A DNA stretch of 64,000 nt. Source: a bacterium (lineage in GTDB: Bacteria > Chlamydiota > Chlamydiia > Chlamydiales > SM23-39). Location of the stretch: assembly GCA_021781995.1 (NCBI GenBank), contig JAJXVT010000003.1:3112-67111 (forward strand), read 5' to 3'. The position numbers and the translations under genes are program-made. Every line of letters begins with the position of its first letter. Position 1 is the stretch's first letter. Positions 35,101 through 43,664 of this stretch are shown piece by piece. The notes under the pieces are model-generated. The model was given only the letters and a program-made list of their open reading frames with translations, did not search any database and was not told the DNA's origin.

Positions 35101-37777
35101 CCAAATCCATATTGTGTTCGACAATTAAAATTGTATTGCCCCGGTCAGCTAGCATTTGCAGCACGGAAATCAATCGATTTACGTCGTGAAAATGCAAGCC
35201 CGTCGTCGGCTCGTCGAGAATATAAATCGTATCGCCCGTCGGCGGTCGGATCAGCTCTTTTGCTAGTTTTATCCTTTGAGCCTCTCCGCCCGAAAGCGTA
35301 GTGGAAGACTGTCCGAGGGTTAAGTAATCTAGACCCACACGGCTCAAGAGCTCGATTTTTTTACGCGCTGATGGAATGTCTGCAAATAGTTCAAGCGCAT
35401 GCTCCACATCAGTCTGCAGTACATCGTGGATGCTTTTGCCTTTAAATTGCACTGACAAAACTTCCGGATCGAATTGCTTTCCCTTGCATTGCGGACACTC
35501 ATTCCATGCGTCTTCCATAAAATCCATATCGATCTTTACCTGACCCATGCCATTGCAATAAGAGCAAGACCCCTCTTTTACATTGAAGCTAAAATGGCCC
35601 GGTTTAAATCCCCGTAAACGGCTTTCCGGTAGTTCCGTGAAAAGATCTCGAATATCATCGAATAATTTAATGTATGTGGCGGCATTGGAGCGCGGCGTTC
35701 TGCCGATCGGAGTCTGATCGACTGCGATTACTTTGTTGAGATGCTCGAGACCTAAAATTTCCTTGTGAGCCCCGACCGGCAGCTGTCCATTATGGAATCG
35801 ATTGCAAAGAGCCGGAGATAAAATATCAGAAATGAGCGAAGACTTGCCGGAACCTGAAACTCCCGTCACGCAGACGATGCCCCCTAGCGGAATATCAACC
35901 GTTATCTCTTTTAAATTGTGGTGGCTCGCTTTGACGATGGTTAATTTTTTGCGGCCTAAATCCCTCCGCTTCGGCACCTCGATTTTCATGCGGCCGGATA
36001 AATAAGCTCCCGTGATGGATTTGGGCGCTTTCATGATATCGAAAATCGATCCATGTCCTAAGATTTCCCCCCCGTGAGATCCCGCTCCCGGCCCTACATC
36101 GACGATACAGTCCGCAGCGCACATCGTATCGATATCGTGTTCGACGACCAGTACCGTATTTCCCTGATCTCGCAACGCCTTTAAAGTGTCAATTAAACGG
36201 TGATGATCAGCTGGATGTAGTCCGATTGAAGGTTCATCTAGTACATAAATGGCCCCCACGAGCCCCGCGCCGATCTGCGAAGCTAAACGCACTCTTTGCG
36301 ATTCACCCCCGCTCAAAGTTGGCGATGTTCTTTCTAGAGTTAGGTAATGAACTCCAACCCGGATTAAAAATACAAGCCTCTCTTGAATTTCTTTCAATAA
36401 CTCAGACGCGATCATTAACTCAAGATCGCTGAGTTTTAAGTTTGTAAAAAAATCTTGCAGTTCCGTCAGAGTTAAAGCAGACAATTGCGCAATTGTTTTA
36501 CCTCCCAGCAGGCAAGCTGCAGGATACGGCTTAATTCTGGCACCATGGCAATCCGGACAGACCATTTCGGTCATGAGTTCGCCCATTTTTTTTCGATAAA
36601 GATCGCTTTTGGCGGCGTTGAGCCTTTCTTTTGCCTCAAATAGGACCCCGCGCCACTGCACATATTCATCCCAGCGGCTATCCTTTTCTGGATGGACAAA
36701 ACGCATTTTTGTCCATTTTTGATCATTTCCATATAAGAAAATACGCTGCGCCTTTTCAGATAAATTTTCCCAAGGCGTATTGATTTTGAATTGATACAGC
36801 TTAGCTAAATTATTGTAGATATTTCCGTAGCGTACCGTTTGATAAGAGCTTGCGATCGAGCAGCAGTCTTCAGCGATGGACAATTTGGGGTCGATGATTT
36901 TTGTAAGATCAAATTCTCTGGACACACCGAGGCCATGGCATGTAGGGCACATCCCGCTGGGATGGTTAAAAGAAAAATCATGAGGAGCTAGTGCATTATA
37001 AGACAAACCAGATTGCTGCGAATAAGCAAATTGCGAATAAATTTTTTCTTGTTTGTGATCCAAGAAAAAAAGACTGCAAATACCCTTGCCCTCTTCAAGA
37101 GCTGCAATCGCAGCCTCAGCGATGCGCGAACGATTTTCCTCGCTTGCTACGAGCCGATCGATGACCAAGTCCACGTCGTGACTTTGCAAGCCATCGAGTC
37201 GGTCTATCTCACCTAATTCCACCCATTCCCCATCGACCCTAAGACGGGTAAATCCGCGGCTTAAAAGCTCTGCAAAATCCTCTTTGAACTCAGCCTTTTT
37301 GCCCCTTGCATAAGGGCTTAGCACGACAAATTTTGTACCTATCGCGAGATTTTGCATCTCAGCGATAATTTTTTCGCGGCTCTGCGCCGCCACCGGCTCG
37401 CCGCTCACAGGACAGTGAGGGATGCCGATGCGAGCGAATAATACCCGTAAAAAATCATAAATACCCGTCATTGTCCCGACAGTTGAGCGCGGATTATTTC
37501 CCGCCTGTTTTTGCTCGATCGCTATCGTTGGTGCGATTCCCTCAATGCTTTTTGCATCCGGTTTCGGCAGATCTCCGAGATGCCGCCGCGCTTGGTGCGA
37601 TAAAGACTCGATGTAGCGGCGCTGACCCTCTACATAGATGGTGTCGAATGCTAAAGACGATTTACCCGATCCAGACACGCCCGTGAAGACGACTAGTTCC
37701 CCAGCGTTTAATGTGAGATCCACAGAGCGAAGATTGTGGACTTTCACCCCTTTGAGAATGATTTGAGGTCTATGCAT
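32135..37777 (-). CDS. uvrA: Excinuclease ABC subunit A, double-length (two complete UvrA units fused)
   Basis: 1880 aa. A second UvrA N-terminus restarts near aa ~945 ([38 protein letters not shown]). There are four Walker A sites, four LSGGE signatures and Zn modules in both halves. Confidence 0.93.
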   Translation of the reverse strand: [1880 protein letters not shown]

Positions 37778-37890
37778 AGAGAGAACATACCATATCCATC
37801 ACTCGTGATTCAAGAATCGAACTCAAAATTCGCGCCTGAACAACGTGCTGACAAGTCAATTTTTACAAATCGAAGTCTTTATTTTATTGT

Positions 37891-37918
37891 TTGACACCGA
37901 CTATATGTGAATTATTTT
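37891..37918 (+). promoter_or_regulatory. Candidate sigma70-type promoter for the 37986 gene in a very AT-rich spacer
   Basis: TTGACA (37891-37896), a 16-nt spacer, then TATTTT (37913-37918), about 70 nt upstream of the ATG. Confidence 0.3.
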
Positions 37919-37985
37919 ATTATTACAATAAATTGCAGAATGTGATAAAATAATTAAAATTAAAAAATTATATATTGAGGATGAG

Positions 37986-40016
37986 ATGACCCCGGATCTA
38001 GTAAATCGTTTTTTAAATCGTAAGCCATATATACCAGAAGCTCGATCTTTTTTGGCATTTTGCCAAAGTAAAGCTATGACTGATCCGGCGATACAAGAAC
38101 GCTTGAGACTAGCGATGCAAATTCCGGAAACTGCGCCTAGAGCTCCGGTAAAACGTGCGGTTCGTGTATTAGTCAATCTCTCCAATGACGATGTCACCCG
38201 CTTATGCGAAGAATGTTTTTCATCGAGTCAAAGATCTCAGTCCATACAAACTTCGACAGCAGCGACATCTAGCTTCATTTCTACTGCACAGTCCAGTAAA
38301 GCAGCGGCTATCGCTGCGCTTCAATCCGCTTCACTGCAACGGTTTTTAGATTGTACCATTCAGCCCCAAGAACTAGAAGGTTTTTGGTATTTTTGTAACA
38401 AAAAAGCAATTCACCATCCCACCCTTCAAGAGCATTTAGAGAATGCAGCGCGGCAGTTTCCAGAACGCCCAAATTCTGCGCCACTCAGCCGTGTATTGCA
38501 TGTATTAAATAATTATCCGTCGGATAAGCTTCATGAGCTGTGCTCAGAGTATTTGGATTCTTCCATGGGCCCACAGACCCTACGGCACGCAAGAGCCGCA
38601 GCCGCGGCGGCAGCCAGTTCAAGTTCTAGTGAAGTTGTGATTCCCGATAAAGCAGAAGAATTGATTCAATGGTTTTTAACCGCTACCCTATCACCTCATG
38701 AAGCAATGTATTTTTTTGAATTTTGTAAAACTAAATCTTTTAGCGATCCCATTCTTCAAGCATGCGTCCGCACAGCAATAAGTCAATTTCCGCAACATCT
38801 ACCTCAAGCTACACGATCACGCGTTTATTATGTTCTCCGCTGTTTAAAAAAAGAAGAACTGACTGTGCTGCATGGAGAATATTACGCCTCTTCACGCGAG
38901 TTGGCAGCAGTAAAGTCTTCAACAACCGGCTTGAGAGCCGCCACTGTTGCAGGTTCAAGTGCAGCCGCAGCAGCAGCCTCGTCTAGCGCCGGCACAGCCG
39001 CAGGTTCAAGTGCAGCTGCAGTAGAACCGTTTGAAGTTGTTGAAGCCGACAGGGACTTCATGGTACCAGATACAGCACACGATCAATACGCATGGAAAAA
39101 AGCGTATGAAATTTGTGGTTTTCCTTCCGAGAGAGCCCTCACTGAAGCGTTGAATCAACGCAAAAATACACTGAGAGGTGTGATGGGCGCTCTCTCATCT
39201 GAGCAGCAATTAGAAATCATCCTCTTAGCAATACGACATTGGTATCTCCAGGATAACTATAACTTTGGTTCTTCGCGTCTGTTTTTATGGAATTATGACG
39301 AAGAGATGTTAGAACAACGTAAAGGATCAGCCCTTCTACCTCCTATTTACGGGAAAGCTCCTGAAAATAACCTTCTAAAAGCGCTTATGCAGATACCGAA
39401 CTTGTCTCAAGAGGCGCTTCGCCAGAGCTTTCATATGGCTGCAATTTATGATCATTTCGAGTGGATGACTCATTGCATGACCTCTGAAATTCATAGCAAT
39501 CTGCTCGATGGCGCAACGATATGCGGCGTTTTGGATAGATTATCTCCAGAAAGACTCGACTTTGTGTTGGCACGTGGGCAAAGGTACCTGCCTAACAACA
39601 AAGAGGATATGTTAAAATTTCTGATGCCCGATGAGCCTGGCGGGATCTGCATGATTCGGGCCGCGACATGGCCGTCTAATGCGCGGGTACCCCAGCTTAT
39701 GCAGTTTTTTGGAGTCTCCTCTTGGAAACAATGCCCTTTCCCTCTCATTATTAAAACATTATTTGCATTGTCTCAAAGACAATTAACTAAAATGAATCCT
39801 GGTCATGCAAAGGCTATGAAGGTGCCCCCAACTTTTGAAAGAGAAGTGGCCAGAGAGATAGTAAAGTCGTATTTCGGCTCCAACTGCTTCCAAATCATAA
39901 ATGCACAAGAAGGTAAACGATTGAGTGAGCAGCAGCCGGGATATCGTAGTGAAGATAGGGCTTTATTGGAAGCTGTTTTCAAATGGGAAGATTTTACTCT
40001 GCTTTTTCGGGGCTAA
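37986..40016 (+). CDS. Hypothetical protein with three ~80-aa tandem domain repeats separated by Ala/Ser linkers, plus a unique C-terminal domain (effector candidate)
   Basis: The repeats start at aa ~4, ~116 and ~225. Repeat 1 contains FLAFCQSKAMTDPAIQERL...VRVLVNLSNDDVTRLCEECFSS. Repeat 2 contains FWYFCNKKAIHHPTLQEHL...LHVLNNYPSDKLHELCSEYLDSS. Repeat 3 contains YFFEFCKTKSFSDPILQACV...YYVLRCLKKEELTVLHGEYYASS. Confidence 0.7.
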   Translation: MTPDLVNRFLNRKPYIPEARSFLAFCQSKAMTDPAIQERLRLAMQIPETAPRAPVKRAVRVLVNLSNDDVTRLCEECFSSSQRSQSIQTSTAATSSFISTAQSSKAAAIAALQSASLQRFLDCTIQPQELEGFWYFCNKKAIHHPTLQEHLENAARQFPERPNSAPLSRVLHVLNNYPSDKLHELCSEYLDSSMGPQTLRHARAAAAAAASSSSSEVVIPDKAEELIQWFLTATLSPHEAMYFFEFCKTKSFSDPILQACVRTAISQFPQHLPQATRSRVYYVLRCLKKEELTVLHGEYYASSRELAAVKSSTTGLRAATVAGSSAAAAAASSSAGTAAGSSAAAVEPFEVVEADRDFMVPDTAHDQYAWKKAYEICGFPSERALTEALNQRKNTLRGVMGALSSEQQLEIILLAIRHWYLQDNYNFGSSRLFLWNYDEEMLEQRKGSALLPPIYGKAPENNLLKALMQIPNLSQEALRQSFHMAAIYDHFEWMTHCMTSEIHSNLLDGATICGVLDRLSPERLDFVLARGQRYLPNNKEDMLKFLMPDEPGGICMIRAATWPSNARVPQLMQFFGVSSWKQCPFPLIIKTLFALSQRQLTKMNPGHAKAMKVPPTFEREVAREIVKSYFGSNCFQIINAQEGKRLSEQQPGYRSEDRALLEAVFKWEDFTLLFRG

Positions 40017-40022
40017 CCCCTT

Positions 40023-40061
40023 GCCGTCAAGCGCTTTGCCCGGTACACAGCGCTTGACGGC
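40023..40061 (+). terminator. 13-bp stem hairpin downstream of the repeat-protein gene
   Basis: gccgtcaagcgct / agcgcttgacggc with a 13-nt loop, starting 7 nt after the stop. The T-tract is weak. Confidence 0.45.
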
Positions 40062-40172
40062 TCTTGCGAATAGAATGAACCTCTTGCGTAACCTCATTTA
40101 CTTGTTAGAATCGTTAATCAAGAAAAAATCAATGGCTTGATATCAAGTCCCAAGAATCCGAGAGCCAAGTGC

Positions 40173-40380
40173 CTAGAACTTCCGGAGGGCCGCGACGCCG
40201 ATGCGCCCATTGTCGTAGTCGTAGACGTCGGCGTAGACGCCCACGCCAGAAAGGGCTAAGTCTCCAATAATCAATGGGCACTTGAGTTCGCGGACTGCAA
40301 CCCTCTTTCCTAAATAACATATTCCAGCGAGAGGATATTTATCATAGGGCTTGACGTAGGCTAAACAGATGCTCCTCCCT
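40173..40380 (-). pseudogene. Start-less, GC-rich fragment resembling the C-terminus of a pepsin/retropepsin-fold aspartic peptidase
   Basis: The minus frame reads ...LAGICYLGKRVAVRELKCPLIIGDLALSGVGVYADVYDYDNGRIGVAALRKF*. Compare pepsin-family ends such as ..C..G...WILGDVF...Y.VFD..NNRVG.A. It has no Met and an upstream stop at 40398-40400. Confidence 0.3.
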
Positions 40381-40381
40381 T

Positions 40382-40399
40382 GAGTTTCGAAAGAGGTTC
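40382..40399. repeat. Solo terminal-repeat fragment (gagtttcgaaagaggttc) of the palindromic element family
   Basis: 15 of 18 nt match the right arm end ctagtttcgaaagaggtct at 54126-54144. It lies just downstream of the rsmI stop. Confidence 0.4.
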
Positions 40400-40424
40400 A
40401 CTGATTTAATTGGAAAATATTTTT

Positions 40425-41144
40425 TCAATCACGAGCGGTATAAAAACCAAATACGACGGGCTCTTTATTTAAAACCATTTGCAAGCTTTTGAATTTAGTC
40501 ACAGGCATCGATACGACTCTTTCTTGTGCAGTGGTTAGGCTGGCAGCAACGGTCAGGCGGGTTGTGGGTTGCAAGATAGCAAGCAGGGTGTCGAGAAGCT
40601 TTTGCGAGCGATACGGCGCTTCAATGAAAAATTGCGCAGCGTCTTCTTCGCGAGATCTTTTTTCCAACAGGCGAATAAGCCCTTCAAGGTCGGGACTTTC
40701 TCTGGGTAGATACCCATGAAATGCAAAGCGCTGAGAGGGCAGACCTGATAGCTGCAGAGCCATGATGATCGATGAGGGACCGGGGAGGGCTTCGACTGCG
40801 ATGCTGCGCTGTCGAGCAAGCCAGACGAGCTGCGCGCCGGGGTCTGCAAGACAGGGGAGTCCGGCGTCCGTCAATAAACCCCACCATTTACCTTCAACTA
40901 TGGGCGCTAATAAAGCAGGAAGGTCGGTGTCTTTTGTGTGCTCATTGAGCAATTTAAGCTGCTTGCGATTCATGTCTTCATGAGATAAAAATCGGCGCAA
41001 ATAACGGCGGGCTGATTTTTCGCTCTCGGCAATCAATCCTTCTATCGCATGCACGGCTGTCGAAACGGATGGGGGAAGAATGGTTTCATGGGGAAGTGTT
41101 TCTTCGAGAAGATTGGGGAGAAGGATGAGTTTACCGGGGTGCAT
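40425..41144 (-). CDS. rsmI: 16S rRNA (cytidine1402-2'-O)-methyltransferase
   Basis: Tetrapyrrole-methylase fold; ALPGPSSIIMALQLSGLPSQRFAFHGYLP is the RsmI signature stretch. Confidence 0.85.
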   Translation of the reverse strand: MHPGKLILLPNLLEETLPHETILPPSVSTAVHAIEGLIAESEKSARRYLRRFLSHEDMNRKQLKLLNEHTKDTDLPALLAPIVEGKWWGLLTDAGLPCLADPGAQLVWLARQRSIAVEALPGPSSIIMALQLSGLPSQRFAFHGYLPRESPDLEGLIRLLEKRSREEDAAQFFIEAPYRSQKLLDTLLAILQPTTRLTVAASLTTAQERVVSMPVTKFKSLQMVLNKEPVVFGFYTARD

Positions 41145-42108
41145 ATGTCATGAGCTGCAAACGAAATAGGTCTAGCAAAGCTCCGTACGCTGTCGTCTGC
41201 GTGCGCGATAGAAGCTCGATTTCAAATAGGTATTTTAAGCCTTGCCGAAAGTAGGTGGAGTGCAGTTGGGCTGCTTGCACAGTGCGCTTTTCTAATGTCT
41301 TAGGATAAATTTTGCCAATTACTTGCCCCCATTGCTCTTTTGCCGTGTCGGTTTCTAATAGCGTTGCGATTTTTAAACCAAGCTGCAACTGGGCGCGAAG
41401 AATCGGGACAATGGGATGAAAAGTTGCGTCATCTAAGACAAGCGCTGGCTGTTTACGCTCCCAAACGATCTCTTCGGCAGCTTGCCAAAAGGTGTGATTG
41501 CGATTGGCAGAAACTATTGCCATCACATCTGTAGAGGTGATTTGATCTGACTCTGCTGCGTAGCAAATTAATTTTTCAATTTCAGTCTTTAAAATCGCAG
41601 CATCCTTTTCGATGCGCTCAAATAACAGCGCTGTCGCATCCGGGGTGATGCGCTTTCCAGCATTGACAACTAATTTTTGAACTTCTTCAACTAAACGCTT
41701 TTCTTTGTCCCAGGGTTTTTCTTCTAATAAATCAAGCGCTACTCCCTCTTTTTCTACTGCTCCAGCTAGAGGGGTTTTGGCTTTGGCTCCTAAAATTAAA
41801 TATCCAGCGTGCAAAATTGTTGGAACTTGCGGCAGCGATGCCTTAATTATTTTTTCAGCTTCATCCACCACTGCGATGGGCTCGCCTCCAAAAAGGCTCA
41901 CTGTCGATAAATGCTCGTGAAGAGCTCCAAGATTGAGACCGCTGCCAGAAAATCGAGCCGGATCTTTGCCGATAATTCGGATGATTTCATCGATCACTTG
42001 ACTGCGTTCAAAATCGTCGGGGATTGCAACTAAATATATACGGCTTAAATGGTTGGGTGCAGAAGCTCGAATGGCCTTCAAAAACGAGGCCTTGTTCATA
42101 TAGCGCAT
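41131..42108 (-). CDS. holA: DNA polymerase III delta subunit (probable)
   Basis: About 320 aa with clamp-loader delta-like layout (IYLVAIPDDFERSQVIDEI...; helical C-terminal half). ATG at 42099 is an alternative start. Confidence 0.55.
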   Translation of the reverse strand: MRYMNKASFLKAIRASAPNHLSRIYLVAIPDDFERSQVIDEIIRIIGKDPARFSGSGLNLGALHEHLSTVSLFGGEPIAVVDEAEKIIKASLPQVPTILHAGYLILGAKAKTPLAGAVEKEGVALDLLEEKPWDKEKRLVEEVQKLVVNAGKRITPDATALLFERIEKDAAILKTEIEKLICYAAESDQITSTDVMAIVSANRNHTFWQAAEEIVWERKQPALVLDDATFHPIVPILRAQLQLGLKIATLLETDTAKEQWGQVIGKIYPKTLEKRTVQAAQLHSTYFRQGLKYLFEIELLSRTQTTAYGALLDLFRLQLMTYAPR

Positions 42109-42176
42109 ATCACTGCTTCCTTGACTCTTCGCAGAAAAAGCTCTATTATACAGGTTTAGCAGTATAGGTCAAAACA

Positions 42177-43664
42177 TTGGAAGTTAGCTCACTTTTTGCT
42201 CGATGGAAAAAACAATTTTGGCCCATTGAGACGTTCGAACTCAAGAAAATCCTTCCCCTTTTCTTTATCAAGTTCTTCATCACCCTCATCTATACAGTGC
42301 TGACGATCATGAAAGACGCCTCTGTGGTTACGGCAAAAGGCGGAAGCGCTGAGGTTATCCCCATCTTAAAGGGGTGGATTGTTCTGCCCGTTGCCATGGG
42401 CGCAACTCTTGTCTATTCCAAGCTGGCCAACCAGTTTCGCCGCTCGACTCTGTTTTACGGTATTATCACATTTTTTTTAACTTTTATTTTTTTATACGGG
42501 TTTGTCCTTTATCCCAATGTTGACTTTTTGTCTCCGCACGCATCGGCAGACCGCCTCGTTGAATGGGTTGGTGCTGAAAATTCTCATTGGGTAGCTATTT
42601 ATCGCAATTGGGTTCAGTCTTTGTTTTTTGTGATGGCTGAGCTTTGGGGCCAAGTTGCGATTTTTCTGCTTTTTTGGGGCTTTGTGAACCACATTTGCAA
42701 TTTTGGGGAAGCGAAACGGTTTTATAATCTTTTTTTGGCAGGCGGAGACCTCGCTCTGATTTGCACCGCGCCTCTTGTACTATCGATTGCTAGAGATAGG
42801 GGGGATTTTACTCCGGCTTTGCAAAAATTGGTTTTATGCATTTTGGGATTTGGCGTTGCTATTTTGGTTTTGCATTGGTTTTTAACCCGAATTTTAAAAA
42901 ATGACCAAAGGTTATTTTGCCCCGAAGAAAAGGGCGCGGCTCTCGATGTAAAGACAAAGTTGTCTTTATGGGAAAGCTTAAAGTTTATTGCGAGATCCAA
43001 ATATTTGTTTCACGTTGCTGTGCTCGTTGTCGCTTATAGTTTGGCCATTAACTTGACTGAGGTGACTTGGAAGGCAAATTTAAAACAAGCCTATCCGGAG
43101 ACTGCCGATTATCAGTCATTCATGGCTGGCATTAGTTCGTTCATCGGTTTTAGCTCTTTAGCAGTGTCGCTTTTCTTTAGCGGTGTTGTCATTCGAAAGT
43201 TAGGTTGGCGTTTTTCCGCTCAGATCACTCCTGTTGTGGTAGGTATTACGAGCTTGGGTTTTTTGACTTTGTTTTTGTTCCGTAATTTTCTCGATGTGCC
43301 ATTGCCTCTTGTTGCAATAGTGCTGTTTGGAGCTTTTCAAAATGGGATCAGCAAATTAGTGAAGTATACTTTCTTTGATCCGACTAAAGAAATGGCTTAT
43401 ATCCCATTAGACCAGGAATCTAAGACAAAGGGAAAAGCTGCTATTGATATTATTGGATCTCGGTTTGGTAAATCCGGAGCTGCGTGGATTCAGCTTGCGC
43501 TCATTCAGATAGCGGGAACCGGATCTGTTTTGTCGATAACGCAGTTTTTGCTGCCGCTCATCGCATGCGTTGTGGTCTTTTGGATTGTTTCAATCCGTTC
43601 TTTGGATAAACAATTGGCAACGATGCAAAAAGATCAAACGATTTCAGAGGCAATTGAGTCATAA
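42177..43664 (+). CDS. ntt: NTT/Tlc-family nucleotide (ADP/ATP) transporter
   Basis: 495 aa and about 12 TM segments. N-terminus FWPIETFELKKILPLFFIKFFITLIYTVL..KDASVV and C-terminal FFDPTKEMAYIPLD..KGKAAID are hallmarks of this family. Confidence 0.88.
   Translation: MEVSSLFARWKKQFWPIETFELKKILPLFFIKFFITLIYTVLTIMKDASVVTAKGGSAEVIPILKGWIVLPVAMGATLVYSKLANQFRRSTLFYGIITFFLTFIFLYGFVLYPNVDFLSPHASADRLVEWVGAENSHWVAIYRNWVQSLFFVMAELWGQVAIFLLFWGFVNHICNFGEAKRFYNLFLAGGDLALICTAPLVLSIARDRGDFTPALQKLVLCILGFGVAILVLHWFLTRILKNDQRLFCPEEKGAALDVKTKLSLWESLKFIARSKYLFHVAVLVVAYSLAINLTEVTWKANLKQAYPETADYQSFMAGISSFIGFSSLAVSLFFSGVVIRKLGWRFSAQITPVVVGITSLGFLTLFLFRNFLDVPLPLVAIVLFGAFQNGISKLVKYTFFDPTKEMAYIPLDQESKTKGKAAIDIIGSRFGKSGAAWIQLALIQIAGTGSVLSITQFLLPLIACVVVFWIVSIRSLDKQLATMQKDQTISEAIES

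Noticed and set aside
32135-37777. Possibility that the 1880-aa UvrA is a misassembled tandem duplication
   Set aside because: The two halves are clearly diverged in sequence, not identical copies. Double-length UvrA is a known chlamydial trait.
38949-39021. Near-direct DNA repeat gcaggttcaagtgcagc(c/t)gcag as a possible tandem or CRISPR-like repeat
   Set aside because: Only two copies are present and they are in-frame inside the Ala/Ser linker of the 676-aa protein. This is low-complexity coding sequence, not an array.
40129-40320. 63-aa Arg-rich ORF on the minus strand
   Set aside because: Its RRRLRLRQWAHRRRG composition is a GC-rich frame artefact. A different minus-strand frame of the same DNA gives the more protein-like aspartic-peptidase-type fragment.
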